Shown piece by piece: positions 23,381-33,529 of a stretch of 33,529 bases of DNA. The stretch spans positions 1 through 33,529 of the forward strand of contig LWCA01000290.1 in assembly GCA_001642005.1 (NCBI GenBank), in the 5' to 3' direction. A program made the position numbers and the translations under genes. The notes beneath the pieces were generated by a model. The model made no database searches, had not been told where the DNA came from, and saw only the letters and a program-made list of their open reading frames with translations. The stretch comes from Intoshia linei. Its lineage: Eukaryota > Animalia > Orthonectida. Position 1 is the first letter of the stretch. Every line of letters starts with the position of its first letter.

Positions 23381-24181
23381 CAGTCAAAATCTCATTTAAC
23401 AAACGTCAAGATTTATTTTCTATATAAATTTTAAATTTAAATTTTGTTTTCAGTTACTGTAAAATTCAACAATTTACATTAGTCTAAGGTCAAAATAAAA
23501 CATTTTAATTACATTTTTGAATTTGGTGGAATATTTAAATTAGGTATTTAATCATGTTTTTCGATTTTTTAAGGAAACGAAACTAGATGTCAATTATTAT
23601 GGAGTAAAAGAGCATTTCAATCACTTTACTCGCTTTTGTCTACTCTAATATTAATATATTGCAATAGTTTAAATATTCAATGAAAAATTAGATAACTTAC
23701 TAAAATCCCTGATTTTGAAACAATTTTCAAAAAATGGTGCTCAATCCGAGGTCAGACTGTAATGACAATTTTTAATAAATCATTACATTTAAGTAAAACG
23801 AATGATGGTCAAAAGACATGGAATACTTTATTTTTGTGAGATGATAAACTATTAATATTAACCTTTAACCCGTCAATGTTCACAAAATGAAATGTTTTTC
23901 AAGTATTGTTTACAGTACATTAACTGTTTACTACATATTTTATCAGATCAATAAAAAATCTATATTATCTATCTTCCCCGTGAAATATTAATACTTTATA
24001 TCCCTTGGCTGATGTTTCATAGAATCATGAATATTGACTGATTTTTTTTCCCATTTTCAATTTGAAATTTAAAGCTTTTTTTTATGACTAAAAATTTGGC
24101 TCGGTCATAAATTTTAATAAAATAATTAAATAAAACCACTGCTCCTAAAATAGAACAATGGACTGAACAATTTGCATAGAC

Positions 24182-24720
24182 TAGTGATTGTTCCCGGAAA
24201 AAAACCGGGATTTTTACGATTTCCCAAAAAAAAATTGAGACATACCTGTATTTGATTTATGTTCATTATTACTATGAAAATATGATTATATTATAATATT
24301 TACTATTTCAAAAATACCATTTTAAGCCCTCATGGAAAAATTAATTTACACCGATATTCTTTTCAAAAAACCGATTTTACGAAAACTTAGGAAGCCCTTA
24401 TGACCATTAAACCTACGTCAACACAAAATAAAAGAAATTTTTATACTGCTTCTAATTTCGTTACAAAACGTAAAACGCGTTTATAAGACGAATCTATCGA
24501 TATTATGTGTTTTAAAACACTTTTTCAACAATCTAAAATAAATTTTTTTCTAATTAAATTTGTAAATTTCAATCTAGATTCGTGTTATTTATTTAATTAA
24601 ATTTCATTTTGTTTCTAAAGTCTCTAAAATTTTTAAAGCTTCTATATTATATATGAATAAAAATTTTTATTTTTTCCCGGTTCTCGACTTTTTTCATTTC
24701 CCGAGAAATCACAATCACTA
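24182..24720. mobile_element. hAT-type MITE copy 2, 539 bp
   Basis: TIRs tagtgattgt / acaatcacta (10/10); 8-bp TSD gcatagac / tcatggac (6/8); internally shorter than 19380-20173. Confidence 0.85.
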
Positions 24721-24916
24721 TCATGGACCCCCAAAAAAAGTGCTGTAAACCCCATTGAGAATGGCTGGTCTAGTGTTTAAGACAAAATCGCAACATCTGA
24801 CACATCCGCTTTGTGAGTCGTCTAGACTTTTAAAATATTTTCTTTATTATTACTTGCCTCACAACTTATGAGTACTAGTTTGGAAATACTAATTTAATGT
24901 TTTATTGTTATTTAAT

Positions 24917-25965
24917 TTAATCAATGGGTGGATTAATAACAACACATGTTGGAGGTGCAGGCTTATAACCAAATCTTTTTTTTTGTCTAACTTTTTCCAT
25001 AATTAACAATCTCTCGTTCTAAAAAATAAACGTATAACAATGATAAATACAATACTCGTTGGAATTACAACACCTTATAATAATACAAATTATAATTTAT
25101 ACAAATTTGAAAAGGTATTTTGAAAACGTCTATAAAATTATTGCATAAATAATCGAAATTTGAACGTCGATAAAAACCACAAAAATTGAGCTAGAATTAA
25201 ATTTTAAAGATTGAAATGTATAGTTAAGCGTGGGTGTTGAGACCATAACATATAAACCATGACAACTTACCACAATGTTGTTTCTGCAAAAAATAAAGTT
25301 AAACTTAAATTTTTCTATACGATTTTCAAAAGGATATTTAAAATGATGAGCGCAACTCGGATAAGTATCATTATATATTTTTAATTGCGACATAGTGTTT
25401 CTATTTTAAAAATACACACATTGATTACTAACCGCCCATTCAATTCTAAAAATTTAAAAAAAATGTGACACCCTAATCATTAGGGTGAATTTTCATTAAT
25501 TAAGGTCTAATGTACACTGATCTACAATACCAAACGTTCACTTCGGGATCTAGACTAGATTCCAGTCTATAAACTATCTTTGATTTAAAACAAATCTGAA
25601 CCGAAATAGATGTAATTTTCGAGGTTGGTAGCTCTGATCATTTTATTTACATTTAAAACGAATTTCACCTGTAAAAAATCGATGCAATTCAACTAATAAT
25701 AAAAACGTACCTGTTTTGTTTCGAATGTACATTCATGTAAATCTTTAAAGTATTCACGACAATTTGATAATTTTTGATCTTGCTCAGCAACACTGAGACA
25801 CCGATAAAAATCAATTTCAAAATCTGCACATATACTACCTTGTCTAGTAGCCCATGCTTCACCCAAAGTGAAATTCCAAGGTAAATAAAAATGAGCAGTA
25901 TTTGACATTAAAGGATGCACATAATTAGATTTAAAAGTATCTTCAATTATTTCTGCATTGGTCAT
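24917..25965 (-). CDS. NDUFS5: NADH:ubiquinone oxidoreductase subunit S5 (15 kDa, twin CX9C), about 118 aa
   Basis: Exons 25965-25711 and 25018-24917: ...RQGSICADFEIDFYRC-x12-CREYFKDLHECTFETKQ/NERLLIMEKVRQKKRFGYKPAPP. C-x9-C-x12-C-x9-C spacing and the basic/YxPxP tail fit NDUFS5. Confidence 0.85.
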
Positions 25966-27110
25966 CTAATATTAAATTTATAATCGGAAACTACCATTTC
26001 ACTATCGATATAAACAAATTACAATCGATGTCATAATTTCTAAATTCAATGATAATAATGTGTTACACTGTCAATCACAGGCTGTGATATATAATACAAT
26101 AAAAGTACATAACAATTACATTATTAATAGAATAATTAATAAATACTTATATCTAATAAAATATGATAGTGTTACATATTATCACATCGCTTGTAATTAT
26201 TATATCGAAAGTGAAATACAATGAAATGAAAGGGTGTACCATTTAGAACAGTGTACTTGTTAAAATATTTCATAATATGAGTGCACTGACGAAATAAAGA
26301 ACAAATCAACTAATCAAAACAAGTTCATATTAATTTTTTAAATTAAAAATCTAAAAATTATAAAAATTCCCCTTCAAATATAGAATCCGTAAAAACCAAT
26401 ATCAGTAACAGTATTAACTCAATTAGCACTCAAGAATTATCTAATGTTTACAACAATTTCCTTAAACGCATTGATTTATGTATCCAATCTCATGGTGGTC
26501 ATTTTGAACATTTATTGTAAATTAAATACAATTTAATTTTAAATTTCTAACTTCTTAATAGTGAAAGGGTGCACTTTTGATATAAAAATTAGTTCACACC
26601 CCTAGTATACACATTTCCAATAAATAAATATGGGTGGAAATCTATAATTGATTCCTTCTGGTTTTTTTCATTGCTACGTAATTTTTGATTCTCACTTTCA
26701 AAATATGTTGTTCAAAATTTAAATTACAACAACGAATTACTAAAAGTAATACAAGTTTGTAATAATTAATAGTTAATAAATGTAAATGTAATAGTTAATA
26801 ACTTATTATCATTTTTATATTTATTACAAGCTTTGCAATATTGGTAAAATTCATCTGAAATGTGTTTCTAAACTGATGATTCCGTTAATTAATGATACAT
26901 AATTGGTACTGAATTAAACAAACGTTAAATAAGCAACTTGGTGTAAATGCGTAAAAAGAATTGAATCTATATTTTAAGGTTGAAGTAATTTTTTAATAGT
27001 ACGATGAAATGGGTCAAATTAGTAATCTATGTCTATTCTCATTGTAGTTCAATATAATTTACTAAATCAATCTAGTCTAATTTACATCAAAACAGTATTA
27101 ATCTCCATTT

Positions 27111-27322
27111 TTATAAGTTTCCAACCTTAATTTAACACAATTAATTAATCAGTACTTTTGACTTTCCACCAAAAATTTCATCGAAATCATCATACTTTCT
27201 GCCAATGTTTACATCGTTAATCTAAATCAAAAATTATTATTTGAAACCAATGTGTTGTATTCAAATTAACAAATAAAAATAATTGTAAATATAATTACTA
27301 CCTTTGAACCTGTATTTCCCAT
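27111..27322 (-). CDS. Candidate 33-aa N-myristoylated micropeptide (3 exons)
   Basis: Exons 27322-27302, 27221-27156, 27125-27111, phase-0 GT-AG joins: MGNTGSK/INDVNIGRKYDDFDEIFGGKSK/VGNL*. MGxxxSK motif; head-to-head with ATG10. 3' end uncertain. Confidence 0.4.
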
Positions 27323-27411
27323 GAATTAATCTTTAATTTTTAATACCAACATTTACAAATAAACTTAAATAACACTACTAGTTGATATATCAACCAAATA
27401 ATTATTCCCAA

Positions 27412-28041
27412 ATGTTTTCTCTTAGACACTTTCAGGAAGCCTGCATTAATTTTACTGAATTAAAAAAAGAATGGAAATTAAAGATAATTACGATGGTAAA
27501 ATTAGAATATTTTTTTAAATTTAAAGACTAGTTCAATATGGAAAATTATTATCTGCATAGAGAAAAAATTGAGGTTTTTCAATTACATTGTATTATTATT
27601 TCGATTGAAAATGTTAAATTGATACAAATTATGAAATTGAAATACAGTAATTTAGTTAATCGACGGGAACATTGTCAAACAAGTTTACAACATTGTGTAT
27701 AGTGAAGATTTTGGAGTACCCCTTTTGATGTTAAATTACTACGATGCAAGTTATTTTATTTTGAATCAATACAAATATTGTTTTAGATGGAAGAAGAATG
27801 TTTTTGGATGAAATTCTGAAAATTAGGGGATATGAAATTTGGGATATTCTCAGTGACGAGGTTAATCATAATGTACTATTTTCACATTTTTTAGTCTCAT
27901 CCAGTCACCAATGATGCATTTTATCACGTGCACGGATGTGAAACTGCACAAATACTAAACCAATTTATTAATCCAGATATTAATTTTCTGTGTAATTGGT
28001 TCAATATTTGTTGCCAGCTGTTGAAAATATCCAACGTATGA
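27412..28041 (+). CDS. ATG10: Autophagy E2-like conjugating enzyme ATG10, about 146 aa
   Basis: Exons 27412-27495, 27532-27573, 27656-27749, 27787-27860, 27895-28041. YNIVYSEDFGVPLLMLN, GRRMFLDEI, ESHPVTNDAFYHVHGCETAQIL and NFLCNWFNI align by eye with ATG10 blocks YHVxYSxSYxVPVLYF, DGxPL, EHPxxGxPFFxLHPCxT and NYxxSWL. Missed by the ORF track. Confidence 0.82.
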
Positions 28042-28155
28042 TTTTATCAACTAAATAAAATTAGTTTGACCGTTTCTGCGACGACGTTGCGATAGTTTAC
28101 ATATTATCAACTTTTCAAAAAATTTTTGTCAATTTAAATTTTAAAACATTAAAAT

Positions 28156-29293
28156 ATGCCTGCTAATGGAACACCCGGATATACGTATTATGCCAATAGA
28201 CTTGAATGGAAGGATGTAGTTCCCATCAAACCACCACAAGAACCTTGCATTGTAAAAATAAATTACGGTCCACAGTTTTTGGATGCTTTGTCATATTTCA
28301 GGGCAATTATCGTATCAGGTGAACTATCAGAACGCGCCCTTGAACTTACATCTACCGTGTTAAATTTCAATCCTGGTAATTATACGGCATGGTTGTATCG
28401 CCAAAGACTTGTCAGAAAATTGAATATACCATCGGAATCTGATATGGATTTCAATGCCATTGCTATTCAAAAGACGGCAAAAAACTACCAAGTCTGGCAA
28501 TACCGTACTCAACTGGTTGAATATGCTGACAAAAAGAACATTGATATTGATAAAGAATTTGAATTCCTTGATGATATTCTTAACCAAGATTCCAAAAATT
28601 ATCACGCTTGGCAATATAGGTAATATTTCTATTAATTTTAATCTAATTTCTAGACAATGGGTGTTAACAACGTTTGATAAATGGGGCGATGAAATGGACT
28701 ACGTTGAAAAAATGCTTACAATTGATTTTAGAAATAATTCTGCCTGGAATCAACGATATGAAACTATAAAACGATGCTTAAGTTTTAAATCAGACGATAT
28801 TGTCAAACGAGAATTGGAATATTGTAAAGCAATTATTAAAATGGATATTAACAATGAATCTGTTTGGAATTATATTGTAGGTGTAGGCACTACATATGGC
28901 AGAAATCTGTGCAGTGATGTCAACAGCGGCATGGTCGCATTTGTTCAAGATCTCTATCAAAATTATGACAAGTATGTTGATGATGCAGTTATAAACGGCT
29001 TTGATATTTATAAGATTGATCAATACTCCGACAAAGAAGATTTTATTCCGTATGTTGCTCATGAAAAAACTAATTTAGTTTATTTTTTATTAATTCATCA
29101 AAGTCATTACCTTGATACTCTTTTGAAAAATGACAATGTCCCTGACATTGATGAAAAAAGTAATTTTATTATGGCTACCATTGCATCTTATGTTGATATT
29201 CTTTGTGATTTGGATTGTGTCAGAAGCTTATACTGGGGAAGCAAACTTTCATATACGAAAAATGTTATTGAAAAATATAAAGCTAATAAATGA
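28156..29293 (+). CDS. FNTA: Protein farnesyltransferase/geranylgeranyltransferase-I alpha subunit, about 367 aa
   Basis: Exons 28156-28619 and 28654-29293 (34-bp intron). Y.NRLEWKDVVPI, YFRAI...ELSERALELT, PPTA repeats NPGNYTAWLYR, KNYQVWQYR, DSKNYHAWQYRQW, DFRNNSAWNQR, NNESVWNY, and terminal DCVRSLYW. Confidence 0.95.
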
Positions 29294-31194
29294 AAATATT
29301 TTTTTTTGATTACCATTTTCTTGTCTTACATCTGTCTGTCTTTCATCGTTAATTACATTTTTAAATTGTTAATTTATTTGAAAAATCACTTAGTGTGGTT
29401 TATTTTTCGAAAAAATGGTAACATCTGTTTTTTAATATACATGTATTTATTTAAACTATGTATGAATCCAATTATCAAATAATTAAACATTTTGTTAGTT
29501 TTATACATTTGGAACAATCTTCGTGTTTGATAGTTGAAAATACAAACAGATCCAGGATTTAAATTTTAATTCGATAGTTTACACTTAACTTTTAGTCAAT
29601 TTCATTTCAAAAATATAAATAATTATTCAAAGGGTTATAGTATTTACAGCTGTTTCCGTCTCCTATCCTAGACAGTATTGATCGTCCAGGGCCGCGAGCC
29701 CCTATATATTTTAAACACCAATTTTGCTAAAATGATGGCCATTTTACAAAAAATTTCGTCGAGGCCTCTCAACAAGATTGTCGTGCACAGCTCCGGGATA
29801 AACATCGCAAAATGCACTCAACTAAATATTTGCAGGGTCGCACGTTTTCGATCACACGATAATTTCAAATTACTTTTGGTATATAAGAGTGTTACCCAAC
29901 ATTTTTTACTTCATATCCATATTATAGTACTTATTTTGATATTACCCACTATATTGATTAACTGTATTTTGGATGGTCAGGTTTTTAGAATAAGCCATAT
30001 AAATTTTTTAATAGTTAACTTTTTATTTTATTTTTATATTTTTATTTATTTATTCTTTTAATAAAAACTATTTTGTAAAAATAGTAAAATAAAGGGGAAA
30101 TTGTGTTTTTTACTCTGAAGGACTCAATGGGAAAAATTTTATTTCATACGTTACTGTGCATGCGACACAAAAAAATTTCTATTTTTTTAAAACAAATTTC
30201 GCGAGGACTCACTCGTGGGTAAATACCCACAAATTGGGAATCACTGGTATATAGTAATGGTATTTGGACTTTGTGATAAGAAACCCATCGTAACATTTTG
30301 TAAATTTATTATATTTATTGATAACAGTTAAATATACAATTTTTTGTATAAAATATAATATAACTTATTTTTTGCTTATTTTCACAAATTTCTAAACATA
30401 ATATAAATAAAATAATTTAATATGCTGTGTAAAGCAGCATTTCGCAATAACTTATGATTTATTTCTTATCGTACCCAAGAATATATTGTACATTGTAACA
30501 TTATACAAAATATTAATTCAATTTTACGACAAATCAGTCTAAAGGGAGCAATTCGTCCACCATTTAAAACACTTTAAATTTTAATATAAGCTATCACATT
30601 TTACCGGACCGCAAAAATGAGAACATTGGGAGACTTATACTGCTGTACAATTTTTATTATTTAGATTCTTAATTTAATTTAAAAATATCCTAGGGCTGAA
30701 TGCAACCCTGACCAACTGGTTATTTTATTCTTAAATATAAATAAATTAAATAATTATTTAATTTCAATGGCGTTTTTCAAATATTTAATACTGGCAGCTG
30801 TTACTAAATTCCAATAAACTCACTCGTATTAAAATGACCAATGTTACCAACATTAAGTATAATGCTTTACTAAAATTTTGATATTAGCATATTATCTTCC
30901 CCTGGAACCAAGAACGTGGAGAGACGGCTAGGGCCATACGACAGGTCTATTCTAAATTAATAGGTAACGTTAGAAAAATGCTTTCGCAATTTTCGCATGA
31001 TTGGGTGAATTTTTTTACTATTACTGGATGGGTAACACTGAAAAAATGTTAAAACTTGCATAAAGGAACCAAAAAAACTTTTCTATGTAAACCTACAGTT
31101 TCATCTCACTAAATCCACTGTTAGATCGCTATGTCCCTGTCTGGTACACTAACTATTTTTGATAAATGTAGAATGCTTTATATTTAATTAATTT

Positions 31195-32677
31195 TTATTG
31201 TATTACCTTATCGCTGCAAGTGGTGTAAATAAGTATCATAAGAATTGAAGAAATAAATGCATAACAAGACGATGTGTAAAATATGTAATCATATCGGTGG
31301 GTGTTGGCCATAATAACCCCACTCAATAGGGGTCCGATGGAAACTGGTATGGAGATGACAGTGAGACTAAATCCAACTCCATTGTTTGCATCGGTGGAAC
31401 CTATTAATAACATTATGTAAAACAACAAAGAACTACCTAATAGGTCATAGCAAATGGGTCCTATAAGGCAAACAATAATTCCATCAGATAACCCCATAAA
31501 AAGACAGACAATTGCAATGTAATAAGACTGTATGGTTAGAGGCACTAATACAAAACAGCAACCGCAGACAAATATGGCAATCTGCTGCAACAAAACTCGG
31601 TTGATTAATTTCAAATCTGAAATGCTTCCAAATAAAATTCTGCTGATTGCTGAACCTATTCCTATTATCATGATGAGCATTTCTCCTTTGATTGATCGGT
31701 TAACAATTTGGTTTGAATAGCTAATCTAAACGAGAATGTATATATATACATATAAAAAACAGAAAACTCACTAACAAAAAGGACGAAAAAGCCTAAATAA
31801 ATAAATCAGACGGTAACTTACCAAATATATATATGGTATCGGGTATCCAAAGAATAATATAGCAAAGGTGATAAACCATATACGATATTTTTTATTTAAT
31901 AATATTGAAAATTGTGAAGATAAGAATGATTTGAACCTGTTAAAAAATGTTGGCTTCTGTACATTTTTAACAACTGGACAGTTGTCCGTCACTGTTTTTT
32001 CTTGGTTAATGTTGGGATCTACAACTTGTAAATGAGTGGAATTTGATATTTGAGGAGATATTCTTTTATTTGATGTATTCCAAAACAGGATACCGACTAT
32101 CAATGCAAAATACATGCTGGCTTCCAATTTTAATAGGCTGTTTAGTCCGTATTTGCTGAGAAAAGTGTTCAATAACATTGGAAGTATTATTGTGAATACA
32201 GAACTTCCCACTGAAGCAAATCCATTAGCTAAACCTACTCGTTTTTCAAAATGGTGAAAAAGGATTGATAGAGAAGGAATGTATACTAGAGAACTCCCTA
32301 TTGAATGTACTATTCCATATGTGAAAAAGAGGGCATTTATATTGTGTACCAAAAAAGAACTTCCAATTAGAGTGAACACACTCAAAAATATGCCTATCAC
32401 ACACGTTGGCCGTAATCCAATTTTTTTACACAAAATACTTGATATTCCTGCAAACAAAAATAGCACTCCGTTTTTCAGCGAACCCAGGGTAGCTAAATGT
32501 TTATTGTTTAAATTATTTTAAAACCATACATGCTTTAATTGCAATATTTTCGTCGTGTTTGTTTTCAATTATCAGATACTGATAGATTAATCCATAACTA
32601 TTTAGAAATCCAAAAATAATTCCGTTAGTTAAAAAGGAAGTTAAACAAATAAAAAATGGTGTTATATATTTCTTCAT
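31195..32677 (-). CDS. SLC16 transporter, MCT8/MCT10-like, paralog B, about 437 aa
   Basis: Exons 32677-32530, 32492-31822, 31725-31437, 31400-31195 (introns 37, 96, 36 bp at the same positions as paralog A). Motifs FLTNGIIFGFLNSYG, YIPSLSILFHHFEKRVGLANGFASVGSSVF, FGYPIPYIYL, SRILFGSISD, GLSDG, GPICYDLLG, IGPLLSG. Confidence 0.92.
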
Positions 32678-33529
32678 TTATACACTGTTTCAATGTAAAT
32701 GAATGTATTTCTAACATACATTGTGTATTTAACGTTTGTTTTAACTTCAGCTTATTCGTTTCTATTTATTTTATGAACGTTTCACTACTTCAAACGTTAT
32801 TTAATGTATTTAATTATGGACAAAATGTTTGCAGGTTGAAATTTAACCTCAATTTCAACACACGGCTAGAACATGATCAATACCTATAACATAAAATACA
32901 TTTCAATCACAATTATTTTTGTATCCCAAACAAGCAACCGTCCAAACCAGAAACCGATAGGATCACAATTACGACATTTATAATTTAAAACAATTCAAAA
33001 TTTGAACTTCAGATTTAATTTAAATACATGTATCATAATTAGAGCTTCCAATTTGGATAATCAGCCTGTAAAAATTTGAAATGTATTATAGACTACTATT
33101 ACACTGTCCAACATTGTAAAAAGAAACTTAATGTAACATATACATGTATATAACATACAATGTATTAAAATAATCAGCTAATTTTTGTGATTCTAACAAT
33201 ATACATATTTTTATAATTGAAGATCAAAAACATGTGATATTTTAATTAGTAATTTTACTATTCTATTAAATTTTTACTCACAAAAAAAACATAATGACAT
33301 GTAAAACATGTCAAATAAAGTTTTTATTACATCTTTCAATTAATTAAAACGATGAGTTCATTTTATAATTGTATTCTCACGAAACATTTAAACAAGATTT
33401 AAACCAAGAATTAAACTGTCCAACACGTATACTACAAACTTACTGCAACCATCATAAACTTTTTTTAATCTCAGTGACGCTAAATTAATGGCTGGTATAC
33501 TAAATGGCCCACAAATTAGAAAACTATTA

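Noticed and set aside
25130-25393. 87-aa ORF inside the NDUFS5 intron (likewise 16932-17132)
   Set aside because: No recognisable motif or supporting splice structure; length compatible with chance.
28454-28653. Apparent frameshift or two overlapping ORFs in FNTA
   Set aside because: Explained by a 34-bp GT-AG intron (28620-28653) that restores WQYRQW.
29678-30061. 127-aa ORF
   Set aside because: TTG start, low-complexity F/I/Y tail and no motif; region looks like a decayed DNA transposon (hAT-like end gggaatcactg at ~30236-30246).
1-33529. A functionally linked novel gene cluster, or tRNA/rRNA/snRNA genes
   Set aside because: The genes are unrelated housekeeping functions with no shared pathway. 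No RNA gene was recognisable by eye; an Rfam/tRNAscan search would be needed to exclude divergent ones.

Overview
Very AT-rich eukaryotic (animal-type) genomic DNA with compact genes and mostly tiny GT-AG introns of 34-47 bp. The ORF track captures only fragments of these genes. Manual splicing gives eight recognisable genes: ARL2 (-), a GALNT7/pgant7-type GalNAc transferase (+), WASP (-), two paralogous SLC16 MCT8/MCT10-type transporters (-), NDUFS5 (-), ATG10 (+, absent from the ORF track) and FNTA (+). There are also candidate orphan small genes. Long introns and intergenic DNA carry many non-autonomous DNA transposons: a modular Helitron family (three end-to-end copies plus fragments, roughly 6 kb), a hAT MITE family with 8-bp TSDs, two Tc1/mariner-pogo MITEs and a piggyBac-type MITE. 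The architecture suggests a reduced-genome invertebrate, possibly a parasite such as an orthonectid; this is inference only. I see no novel multi-gene system, CRISPR array or RNA gene. The best leads are the chimeric Helitron family, stop-free 3n introns (one splits the WASP CRIB motif), an MCT paralog lacking the conserved TM10 Asp, an HGC active site in ATG10, and two candidate micropeptide genes. All protein identifications are from recognised motifs, not database searches.
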